From Octopus sinensis (taxonomy: Eukaryota), in the NCBI RefSeq assembly GCF_006345805.1, contig NC_043006.1, forward strand, positions 9,734,001-9,798,000: 64,000 bases of DNA, given 5' to 3'. Of this stretch, positions 12,522 to 23,374 are shown one piece after another. The notes beneath the pieces are model-generated. The model was not told the DNA's origin. It saw only the letters and a list, made by a program, of their open reading frames with translations, and did not search any database. Made by a program: the position numbers and the translations under genes. The first letter of the stretch is position 1. Every line of letters starts with the position of its first letter.

Positions 12522-14177
12522 TTGCAAGTCATCGATATAAAGGAAGACGATATAAATTACATCGATATAAAGGAAGACGATGTAATAAAGGCCATATATG
12601 AAATGAAAACAGAATCAGCTATTGGCCCCGATGGATTCCCGGCAATCCTCTTAAAAGTATGTAAGAGAGTCCTAGCAAGACCACTGCAGATCCTCTTTCA
12701 GAGCTTCCTTGCAGCTGGCAAACTTCCAAAAAACCTGAAGGAAGGTAAAATATGCCCTATTCATAAAGGTGGTAGCAGAGCAGAGGCCAAGAACTACAGA
12801 CCTATCTCTCTCACCTCACACATCAGCAAGGTCATGGAACGAATAGTCAGAAGAAAACTAATCACCTTCCATGAAGAAAATGACTTGCTGCCTGACACCC
12901 AACATGGTTTCCGACCAGGAAGAAGCTGTTTAACTCAGCTCCTACAACACTATGACTGGGTGCTGAAACAACTGCTCAACCACTCAAATGTGGAAGTCAT
13001 ATATCTCGACTTTGCAAAGGCCTATGATAAAGTCGATCATGGAATATGTCATAAACTGCGTGATCTTGGCATAGTTGGAAAATTGGGAGAATGGCTTCAT
13101 GAATTTCTGAAGAATAGAAGCCAGGTGGTAGTAGCCAATGGGGCCACTTCCATTAACACGCAAATAGTGAGCGGTGCTCCGCAGGGCACTGTTTTGGGAC
13201 CACTACTGTTCATAATGGCCCTCTCAGACATGCCCTCAGCCACGCAGAGAGCCACGATCACAAGTTATGCAGATGATACAAAAGTTTCACAGGCAATACA
13301 GAACCCTGAAGACACTAAGCACCTGCAATGTGAGCTGGACGAAATATACAAGTGGGCTGAAAAGAATAGCATACAGTTCAATGCTGAAAAGTTTCAAGCT
13401 TTATACTATCAGCATGCAAAACTGAATGCAACACCCAATGAATACTCTGGACCCGGAGGGATTGCAATCCCAGAGGCACAATCAGTGCGTGACCTGGGTA
13501 TTCACATGAGTGATGACGCGACCTTTCATGTACATGTTGCTAAACTGGCAATAAAATGTAGACGGCTGGCTGGATGGATTCTCAGAACCTTTAGAACAAG
13601 AGAACAAGAAACCATGATGGTCCTCTGGAGGACACTTGTCCTAAGCCACTTTCAGTATTGCTCTCAGTTATGGTCACCATCCAGTGTCAAGTTGATCACA
13701 GAGCTCGAGGCGATCCAGCGTAGCTACACGAAGAAGATAGCCTCTATGCAGAATGTAAGCTACTGGGAAAGACTCAAGAGATTAAAACTATATTCCTTGG
13801 AGCGTAGGCGGGAAAGATATGCCATAATATACATCTGGAAGATCCTGGAGGGACGTGTCCCAAACTTTGGCATCGAGAGTTACACAAATGCCAGAACTGG
13901 GCGCCAATGCGTGGTGCCTAGGACTCCAAATTTGCCATCAAGATGTAGGACAAGATACTGTGATAGCCTGGGCTTCCGTGGCCCACAGCTCTTCAATATC
14001 CTCCCGAAGAACCTGAGAGACCTGCATGGGGTGGTTGCAGATGTATTTAAAATGGAACTGGATCTCTTCCTGTCAGGTGTCCCAGATGAACCAACGACAC
14101 GGCAGGAGGTGCAGATGAGGGCAGCTGCATCGAACTCTCTCATGCACCAAATGGCAGTTGCTAAAAAGCTTTCGTGA
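12522..14177 (+). CDS. Uninterrupted 551-codon reverse transcriptase ORF of a 5'-truncated LINE (family B); no genuine start codon
   Basis: NYRPISLTS, QHGFRPGRSC, YLDFAKAYDKV, GAPQGTVLGPLLF, YADD at 13266-13277, LYSLERRRER; no stop or frameshift. Confidence 0.9.
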   Translation: MQVIDIKEDDINYIDIKEDDVIKAIYEMKTESAIGPDGFPAILLKVCKRVLARPLQILFQSFLAAGKLPKNLKEGKICPIHKGGSRAEAKNYRPISLTSHISKVMERIVRRKLITFHEENDLLPDTQHGFRPGRSCLTQLLQHYDWVLKQLLNHSNVEVIYLDFAKAYDKVDHGICHKLRDLGIVGKLGEWLHEFLKNRSQVVVANGATSINTQIVSGAPQGTVLGPLLFIMALSDMPSATQRATITSYADDTKVSQAIQNPEDTKHLQCELDEIYKWAEKNSIQFNAEKFQALYYQHAKLNATPNEYSGPGGIAIPEAQSVRDLGIHMSDDATFHVHVAKLAIKCRRLAGWILRTFRTREQETMMVLWRTLVLSHFQYCSQLWSPSSVKLITELEAIQRSYTKKIASMQNVSYWERLKRLKLYSLERRRERYAIIYIWKILEGRVPNFGIESYTNARTGRQCVVPRTPNLPSRCRTRYCDSLGFRGPQLFNILPKNLRDLHGVVADVFKMELDLFLSGVPDEPTTRQEVQMRAAASNSLMHQMAVAKKLS

Positions 14178-14274
14178 AGTAAAACCAAGTAGCAACACCA
14201 AATGGCGGTGCCCCAGCATGGCCACATCTCATGAGCTGAAACTAGAATCAATCAATCAATCAATCAATCAATCA
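12530..14274 (+). mobile_element. LINE family B copy with short 3' UTR and (ATCA)n tail
   Basis: ORF above, 3' UTR 14178-14246, (ATCA)n 14247-14274, then (TA)n; 22-bp duplication at the 5' junction. Confidence 0.95.
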
Positions 14275-16654
14275 TATATATATATATATACAGATTTAAT
14301 ATAATTGCGTCCATGCAAACACTCATACACACAGGGTAGTATGAAATGACACACATAAACAGACACAAACACAAATGCTGTCCTTCGTACATATATAAGA
14401 ATAGATTGTCTGTCACAAATTCAAACCTTGCAGAGAGCCATTCACTCGTTTCTGACATGAATAGCCAGGGCTAGAGGATGATGTACACACATTTTATAGT
14501 CGCTGTATGATATATCAATATGTAGATAAAAAGGAAACTACGAACATATCGTTCAAGGACGAAATGAATACACAACATAAGATGAAATAAAAATATAACG
14601 AACTTGGAATGTGAAAGCAAAAGAGGCGCATCATATATATATTCAGCATCAAAAGCTGACAAAACCTATGAAGAAATAAGAAGAAACAGCAGCAGCAGCA
14701 GCAGATGTGAAGCAGCAGTTGAGGAGTAGAGGGAGGAACTACAACAACAGCGGCAGGGGGGGGTAGATTTTATCTGCATCTAATGAATTAAATTGACACG
14801 TGCTTTCAAATGATAACCTCTTATTTGCTCTTTTTGTAGAAAACAGTGAATGGAAAAGAGTTAGCTATAAAGTGTTTTAGTGTAATTACCAGAGAGCCTT
14901 TTGGGGAATTATATTTATCAAATAATAATAAAGTATTTTTTAAAATCATACGGAATAAAGGAATGAATGGGTGAAGGACATATTGCGATATTACAACTGG
15001 AAAATTCTCTCACTAAAACTGAAATAAAATGTTGTTATTGATCGTTGAAAGTCGAACAATTTCTATACAAATCTTTTTGTTTCCTTTCTTCGTTTTCTTT
15101 TCCTAACATTATGCTTTTATCATTTTCCTTCATTTTCTTCCTTCCTTTTCTTCCTTTTTCCGCGATTAATAACTGAATGAATTCTCGCTTATTTTATTAT
15201 TTTTTTTTTATAAGTAACTCACTTCTAATGTATTAGACAGAACATGAATAAAAATCTTTGTAATATTCAATACGAATGCAATGTTGACAGAAATGTGGCG
15301 TTAGTCTGAAATAGAGTGCGTCAATGAAATGAGGCATTTACTATAGAAATGAGCTGGTATAAAGAACTTCGATAGCGGAACAAGCAATTGGATTAAGAAT
15401 CCTATTATGTTGGGCAGATTTTTAAAAGAAAGCTATTTATTTGACACAACATGAAAGTATAAACAGACAGATTCTATCTTGTTTAATGGAATCGGCATTA
15501 AGATCAGTTGAAATAATCTGCAATGTTTGTTTCTTATTCGTACAATGATTCGATATAAATGGGAAGCGAATGTTTCCAGCGCAGTATATTTTATCTAAGT
15601 CAGTGATTATGTTTTGTTATGTATTTCTTAATTCAAAGAAAACATCTCTATTTTTAAACAACCTCGTCTTTCATTGCCGTTAGATACACATTGACGCCAT
15701 TATTCAAGGTCTACGGAATGAGTCGAATGTTTTCGTCGTTTTAACCATGTTACTATCACTCATATAATCAGAAACATTAACAAACATAATATCACCATCC
15801 CTAGAATAATGTATGATGATTATTGCCACCAGTATAGCAATAAATACTAATAAAATCAGAGTGTTTTTGAAAATACCTTCCACTCAAAGCCGTTTGGCTT
15901 TGGTAGAATCAGTCGATGTTGTGTCGAAAATATATAACATATATTAATGTATTTCGTGGATGAGATCTAATAAGAGCGAAGCATGTCCATTGCTTCTTCC
16001 GACTTACTAATTCTTTCGTATATATCGATTGACTGATATTTCCGCTAATTTTTCTATTTACATTTTCAAAAACACTAATCACATGGATAATATCATATCA
16101 TTGACACTTTCTCACACTACGTTACAAATATTAGACTCTATGTTTTGTGGATTTAGTGTTACAAAATAGCTTGGGATCAGAAATTATTCTTGCTCTATGG
16201 TTAGCATACACATGTTAATCAGATAATCATACTTGTTCTTGGATATTGCGGTGTGTTGCGTCCTGCTGCACAGTACTTCGTTTCATCTTGCTCCAGGCAA
16301 CTCAGCGGTAAATGAGTACCATCCTTGTAACAGTGTAACTTTCTCTCCTTCAAACTGTCTTACTGAGGATATGCTGCATTTTAAATGATACCAAACCACA
16401 CTAAGTCGCGAGAAAAATCAGGCTCTGGTTTTTAATACAGACAATGGAGAAATAAATTTAACATATGTACATTTGAACTGACCACTACAGTATATCATAT
16501 GTCAGAATTCACTAGTTAAAACAAAAAGAAAGTATTATCATTCCTTACGCGAACATCTATTTAGCAATGAGTTCAGACGTCACCCTTTTGAAAAAGCTAC
16601 GAACATGAGTACAAATATAGACATGCACGTCATTTTAAAACTCTTTTTAATTTA

Positions 16655-16927
16655 TTTACTCATTTACTCCGTTATTTCACTGAGGCCATGCTGGAGCACC
16701 GACTTTAGTCGAGCAAATCGACCCGGGGACTTATTCTTTGTAAGCCTAGTACTTATTCTATCGGACCCATTTGCCGAACCGCTAAGTGACAGGGACATGA
16801 ACACACCAGCATCGGTTGTCAAGCAATGCTAGGGGGACAAACACAGACACACAAACACACATACACACTCGCACACACACATGCACACACACACACACAC
16901 ACACACACACACCACACACACACACAC

Positions 16928-16979
<52 letters not shown>

Positions 16980-17362
16980 ATCGCCATGTTGATTCGCTAG
17001 CTTCTGCACGCATTTTTTTTCTCTCCTTGTTTCTCTCCGTGTTTCTTTTCTGTGTAACTTTCTGTTGGCTCGAAACGTAAAAGACTTGTTTTATTTATAT
17101 TCCTGAGCGCCATACTAATACAATTGTTTGTTTGTACTCCACCTGCCTTCGTCTTTTGTTTATTTTCATAAAGCTTCCCGTTATATATATATATATATAT
17201 ACATATACGACGGGTTTCTTTCAGATTCCCTCTACCAAATCTACTCACAAGGCTTTGGTAGCCTCGAGGCTATAATAGAAGACACTTACCCAAGGTTCTA
17301 CACAGTTGCACTGAACTCAGAACCATGTGGCTGGTAAGCAAGCTACTTACCACACAGCCACT
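16655..17362 (-). mobile_element. tRNA-derived SINE (family of 28473-28905) split in its internal microsatellite by a nested insertion
   Basis: 3' half 16655-~16940 and 5' half ~17200-17362 both match the intact copy at 28473-28905. Confidence 0.88.
16978..17182 (+). mobile_element. Penelope-type pLTR fragment nested in SINE
   Basis: GGCTCGAAACGTAAAAGAC...TTCCTGAGCG...ACTAATACA...TGTTTGT resembles 11240-11310; (TA)n on both sides. Confidence 0.65.
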
Positions 17363-18186
17363 CAAAATAAAATCAGAAAGTTTGCAACATAAAATTACAG
17401 ACAGCTATAATTTCATGCAAGGTAGAATATGGTTATGTATCAGAGCAGAACTAAGACAAACAATAGTATAATGTACATTTTCAGATGAGTTATTAGAAAT
17501 AGGACTAACAATAGGTTGTCGTTAACAGTTCAAAAAATATCCCATTCGTATCAGTTGCATCGTTGTAAAGGAATACAGTTAGAAGTGCTATTAAATACGA
17601 TGTAGTAAAATAATTTAGTGCAAATAATGCGAGTGAAATAAATCAATTTTATCAAAGGTTAAGTATTTTTTTTCTTGAATATGAAACTAGACCATGTGTA
17701 TGTGTGCGAGCGTGTGATTGAGTGTGTGTGTGCGTGTACGTTCGTGTGCCTGTGCGTGTGTGTGCGTATTTGTGTGTGTGTGTGTGCGTGAGTGCGCGCG
17801 TGTGTTTGTGTGTGTGCGTGTATCTATGTGCGTGTATATGTGTGTATGTGTGTGTCTAACAGTTTACATTTAGTGTGTCTGATGTGATATCTCGAAAGAT
17901 TGAGATGCTACAAGGAAAACTATGTTCCTAAACATGGTTAAGCATTGAACCTTAATAAATATTTTGAGTAGATTTAGTTGTTACATCAATATAGAAATAG
18001 CTTGTCTTCTATGAATGCAATTGCTGTTGAAATTGTATATCGCAGAACCACGTATATTGATGCTCTAATTCGTTTGAGAGAAGGTGTTACTAATCTTGGA
18101 ATGTAAGTAACACAAAGTGAGCACACGATAATATACAGACTTGAGAATTTTGTAGATATTAGTGAAATTTGTTGTATTATTGATTC

Positions 18187-18565
18187 GTGGAGGCGCAATG
18201 GCCCAGTGGTTAGGGCAGCGGACTCGCGGTCTTAGGATCGCGGTTTCGATTCCCAGACCGGGCGTTGTGAGTGTTTATTGAGCGAAAACACCTAAAGCTC
18301 CACGAGGCTCCGGCAGGGGATGGTGATGATCCCTGCTGTACTCTTTCACCACAACTTTCTCTTATTTCCTGTTTCTGTTGTACCTGTATTTCAAAGGGCC
18401 GGCCTTGTCACTCTCTGAGTCCCGCTGAATATCCCCGAGAACTGCGTTAAGGGTACACGTGTCTGTGGAGTGCTTAGCCACTTACACGTTAATTTCACGA
18501 GCAGGCTGTTCCGTTGATTCGGATCAACCGGAACCCTCGTCGTCGTAACCGACGGAGTGCTTCCA
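18187..18565 (+). mobile_element. Full-length tRNA(Arg-like)-derived SINE
   Basis: Head GGCGCAATGGCCCAGTGGTTAGGGCAGCGGACTCGCG...GGTTTCGATTCCC; near-identical to 55474-55858 and 62006-62369; candidate 8-bp TSD ATTGATTC (18179-18186, 18573-18580). Confidence 0.92.
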
Positions 18566-18886
18566 TCCCATAATTGATTCAAGACTTATTTGAAAACAAA
18601 GTTAGCGTTATTTTTGTTGTTGTTTTTATTTATGGCACATCGAATCATACAAACAAGTTAAGAAGCCATCCTTAATTTTAAAGCAGACTAAAATGGTAAA
18701 AGGCTGACAGGAAGTATGTGAGCCAAGATATAACTGTTGGGAAAATGGACTCCGATATTAATAACACACGAAAACGATTCTGATGTAAAAGAAGGGAAGG
18801 CGACAAGGAATATTATTGTTGAATTAGGAATGTTGAATCATAGTAAATCAGAACCAGCGACACTTATCTCCATTGAGTGATATATA

Positions 18887-19300
18887 TATATTTCTTTACT
18901 ACCCACAATCGGCTAAACGCTGAGGAGACAAACAAGGACAGACAAATGGATTAAGTTGATTACATCGACCCCAGTGCGTAACTGGTACTTAATTTATCGA
19001 CCCTGAAAGGATGAAAGGCAAAGTCGACCTCGGCGGAATTTGAACTCAGAACGTAACGGCAGACGAAATATATTTCTTTATTACCCACAAGGGGCTAAAC
19101 ATAGAGGAGACAAACGAGGACAGACAAATGGATTAAGTTGATTACATCGACCCCAGTGCGCAACTGGTACTTAATTTATCGACCCCGAAACGATGAAAGG
19201 CAAAGTTGACCTCGGCGGAATTTGAACTCAGAACGTAACGGCAGACGAAATATGGCTACGCATTTCGCCCGGCGTGCTAACGTTTCTGCCAGCTCGCCGC
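18887..19300 (-). mobile_element. SINE (Nin/Deu-like central domain) with head plus two tandem ~190-bp bodies
   Basis: Conserved block GCCTTTCATCCTTTCGGGGTCGATAAATTAAGTACCAG on minus strand twice; 14-bp TSD TTGAGTGATATATA at 18873-18886 and 19305-19318. Domain assignment is from recollection. Confidence 0.88.
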
Positions 19301-20601
19301 AGTTTTGAGTGATATATAAACTTGTAGAGTAAGAATGATTGCACGTATATTAATAATGAAATAACGGTCGTAAAGTGCTGGATGGATGAGTCAGGGATTT
19401 GCTGTATTAGAAAAGTATTTAGATTGTAAGTGTTTTTTTTTCCTATATTACTTGGCGATATCTGTGGTTGAGAGAAAGGTGCAGAACAAGAAGTTTGCGC
19501 AGTGATTGTAGGTATTTCCGATTAAGTGTGTAGATAATTCTGTAGAATTATCAGCAAAAGTGTAACTTAGAAAAAACATTATGTGATAAGAGGCTGCAAA
19601 GGAAATATTCTTTGTTAATCCGATAAAGTATATATAACCGCACTCTAGTAGTTATTTCTGTTAAGCCGACATAGTTGATTGACGTTTGTTGTACTTTGAA
19701 TATGGTAATGCCGGTGATGTACAACTTCAAACACTTTAATAAATTGTATCTACTATCTTTAGATTTGATTCAGGAAAGAAATGCGTCTAAATATAATGAA
19801 ATAATGAGAAGAATAAGAACTGCAGAAATATTTAACTTGTAGTGGTGTATACATCGCTTTTAAGAAAATACTTAAGTATAGAGGCGGAAATCATTAGAGA
19901 TTACTTCAAAAACGATACCAATTGCTGATCATTTTCAACATAATTGCATAAAACATTAATGTAATGAATGCCACTCATAATAATGAAATGAAGCAACGAC
20001 ATTGAACGAACGGAGGAGCTTATTTAGCAGAAAAAATATACTTAATATAAACAATATTCGAAACGAAATTTTATTCTACTGCATAATTCTGTGAAGCAAA
20101 TTAAGTTTGTTAACGATGCTGCATTGTATTGATTAGATATTTTGTTTTAAATTAAACGTTTTCACATTAATTTAAACAATTGCTCTAATTGAAATGAATA
20201 ATAGCTTAAATTGTTTGATAATTAAACTTTTGTGAATTTAATATTTTGATTAATACGGTGGAAATGTTATTCATCAAACAAGTAGGATATTTCTATTTAA
20301 AATTAAGAAGGTATATCTGTATCTCTCAGTCTTTCTCAATGTCTCACGCTTTCTCTGTATACCATATTCTTCCCATCTTTCCCCTCTTCTTCCCCCTCTC
20401 TCACTCCGTATTTATATATACGTGTATGTAACTATGCGTGAATTATAATATAAACACGAACACATGCATCACTCATGTTTATATATGCGTATGTATGTAT
20501 GTATGTATGTATCTATGTATGTATCTATGTATTCGTTGATGTTGATCAGTTAGCTGATCGGCTTAAGCGGGGCAGGGTCGTTGTTTATTTATAATACATT
20601 C

Positions 20602-20649
20602 AGGCCTGCTGATGAGTACGTAAGTATGAAATCACTGTGATACAGGTCT
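20602..20649 (+). ncRNA. Minimal type I hammerhead ribozyme motif with complete core
   Basis: Stem I AGGCCTG/CAGGTCT; CTGATGA 20609-20615; stem II GTAC-GTAA-GTAT; GAAA 20628-20631; palindromic stem III A-TCAC-T-GTGA-T; predicted AUA cleavage after 20642. Confidence 0.8.
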
Positions 20650-20849
20650 ATATTTTTTAAATGTCTTACTTTGAAAAATTGCATTCGGTGGGATTAGTAT
20701 ATTTTTGGTAGAAATGACTAATTGTCCCTCTAGCCTGTGGCATGTATGTATAATGCCTTCTGGCATGGATGTATAATGCCCTCTATATATAAATTATATA
20801 TATTATATATATATATATATATATTATAGATATATATATATATATATAT

Positions 20850-21047
20850 CAAAATAAGCAACAAGGATATCCAAGGTAGAGTAGTACAATCGTTTCATGC
20901 TACTTCCTTTTATTAAACCCTGCAAGTATCACATCAGTTTTAAATTATAATCACCCCATTCGATTTATATGGATAATACCATACAAAATTCTGGTAACTT
21001 TAACTTAAGTACCATATTCATCTGAATCTAAATTTTGATAAACTTAT
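20850..21047. repeat. Dispersed repeat shared with 42244-42440
   Basis: 20850-20944 is the reverse complement of 42244-42337; 20944-21047 is a direct match to 42338-42440. Confidence 0.85.
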
Positions 21048-21108
21048 ATTGATTGATTGATTCTAGTTTCAGCTCATGAGCTGTGGCCATGCTGGGGCAC
21101 CGCCATTT
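21048..21108 (-). mobile_element. 3'-terminal ~60 nt of LINE family B fused downstream of U6
   Basis: AAATGGCGGTGCCCCAGCATGGCCACAGCTCATGAGCTGAAACTAGAATCAATCAATCAAT matches 14200-14260 with one mismatch. Confidence 0.95.
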
Positions 21109-21159
21109 AAAAAATATGGAACGCTTCACGAATTTGCGTGTCATCTTTGCGCAGGGGCC

Positions 21160-21192
<33 letters not shown>

Positions 21193-21210
21193 AATATGTA
21201 CCACCGTAGC
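21109..21210 (-). pseudogene. U6: U6 snRNA retropseudogene (nearly full length, diverged 5' end)
   Basis: Minus strand reads ...TAAAATTGGAACGATACAGAGAAGATTAGCATGGCCCCTGCGCAAAGATGACACGCAAATTCGTGAAGCGTTCCATATTTTTT, the canonical U6 sequence; no upstream promoter context, (TA)n immediately upstream. Confidence 0.95.
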
Positions 21211-21399
21211 TATATATATAATATATTATATATATATATATATAATAATATATATATATATATGAGAAGTTTTGGTATGCAGTAGACCCAAAATGGCAGG
21301 TAAGGCTATATAAGAGCTAAGAAAGGATCATAGTTAGACTACCGGTTCGATAATAGTATGAGTTGGGAGTCTAACGCGGGTCGTATGTGAGCATGTATA

Positions 21400-21700
21400 T
21401 GTTAAATAAAATGAGACAACCAAGTCAAAGAAGTGTGACATTTCTAGGACGTTTCTTAGAGTTGTTTCAGGGATAAGATGTGAGAGACGGAAATAGTAGA
21501 GTTCGATACAAGAAATTTTGGAAAAGAAGTAATACAAGATCTATAAAGCGAAATAAGAGAATAAAAATAAAAATATATGTTGGATGTTACAGTTGTAGAT
21601 CCTCTATCTAAGGGAAGTGCTGTGTAGAATGGCTCGAAATGTTTCTTGACCATGGTATGTAAATTCGATAGAAGTTGATATTTTATTATTATAGAAGTGG
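21400..21700 (-). mobile_element. Penelope-type pLTR/3' region, decayed (family of 59500-60220)
   Basis: Reverse complement matches 22030-22365 and 59900-60215; hammerhead region partly deleted. Confidence 0.75.
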
Positions 21701-21895
21701 GGTGATATGCCTGAAAATCAATAAGGTGGAGAGATAGGTAAAAAAAATATTATAGGGGTATTCTAAAAGTGAGTAGTATACCTCAAAACGAATAATAATA
21801 AGATATAATAGTCATGTTTCTAAACATAGTAGTAAGCATTTATTGGACTAGATAACGTGATAGTGGGAACTGATGTATCAGTGCGAGAAAGTTAA

Positions 21896-21932
<37 letters not shown>

Positions 21933-22029
21933 TACGCACAAGCGCACACAAATACATACACATCTGTATATGCACTAATATTTAAGCCCACATACATGGA
22001 ATCTCCATAATATATATCTTTACTAAGAA

Positions 22030-22365
22030 GATATTAATTCCTATCGGAATTTACATATAATGGACAAGAAGCGTTTCTACCCATTCTACACAGTACTTTC
22101 CTTGGAAAATGGAACTGAAAATATAACATCCAAGAAATATGTCCATTTTTGTTTTCTTGTTTCCCGCTACACTTCCATATCTCTCAGTTTCGAAAATAAC
22201 TTATATTGAACTCTACTATTTTCCTCTATTTAACTCTCTGACATCGCCTCTGATGAAGGAATATCCCTCTTATCCCTCAAACAGCTGTAAGACTACCTTT
22301 CTCTTTATAAATGTCCTAGAAATTTCACACTGCCTTCGATTCGTTGTCTCATTTTATATAACATA
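22030..22365 (+). mobile_element. Penelope-type pLTR with degenerate hammerhead (22246-22293)
   Basis: GCCT-CTGATGA-A...CAAACAGCTGTA-AGAC; GAAA mutated to CAAA; homologous to 59900-60215. Confidence 0.75.
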
Positions 22366-22472
22366 TATACACGCATATACATACATACAAACACACACAC
22401 ACACAACAAACACACATATTATATATATATATATAATATTATATATATATATATATATATACATGCATATAT

Positions 22473-22513
<41 letters not shown>

Positions 22514-23335
22514 CATATGTACATATGTGCGTGTATATATAGATATATACATGTATATATATAGCAATAAAAATCTCTGAACGAGATGTAAACAGTTGTC
22601 GAGCGGTTACTGTATATATTATATATATATATATATATTATATATATATATATTATATATATATATATATATAATACACGTATATATAGAAACACATCCC
22701 CACACACATACACGCGTACACACATGCACTCACACAGGGGTGCTGAAAACTTCCTGGGTTTAAGGATACCGTGAAAGGCCTGGTTAGAGGCTCAACATTC
22801 CAATTTCTGTTGCAAGGCTTAGGCAACTGAAGGTCTTCTGCAATAGAGAGTGTAAATATGTGCAGGGAATTTGTTGAATAAAATCATAATGATCTGATCC
22901 TGCTGAATTCTTTTACTCAAAGGCAGGAACTTTTCAACACCAACCCGTGTATATACATATATAAATACATATATAGGTGTATGTGTGGTGTGTGCATGTG
23001 TGCGTGTGTGTATGTATGTATGGATGCATGAAATTTTCTACAATTAATAATTGAAGTTGATCTACGTTGGAAATTATAGGCTATTTAGATAATGTCCTTA
23101 TATCGGTAGTATAAGTAAAAAATATGTTGTTTCAAACGAAATTGAAACACGGGGATGCAAATGTGTGCAGTCGGTGTATATATGTAAATACGTAACTATA
23201 CATGATTGTGTACATTTCTTTATCTTAGTATCAATCAACAAGCACACGCGCATGCACACACATGTACACACTCACTTATATAAACATTTTTTGTATATAG
23301 ACTTGCCTAACTTGCTTATACTTGCATTTACTCAA

Positions 23336-23374
<39 letters not shown>

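Noticed and set aside
19329-19427. Possible short AG...GT exon with one open frame
   Set aside because: About 32 open codons can arise by chance, no recognisable protein similarity and no partner exons found.
21109-21210. Functional U6 gene
   Set aside because: 5' end diverged and truncated, (TA)n instead of PSE/TATA upstream, LINE tail downstream.
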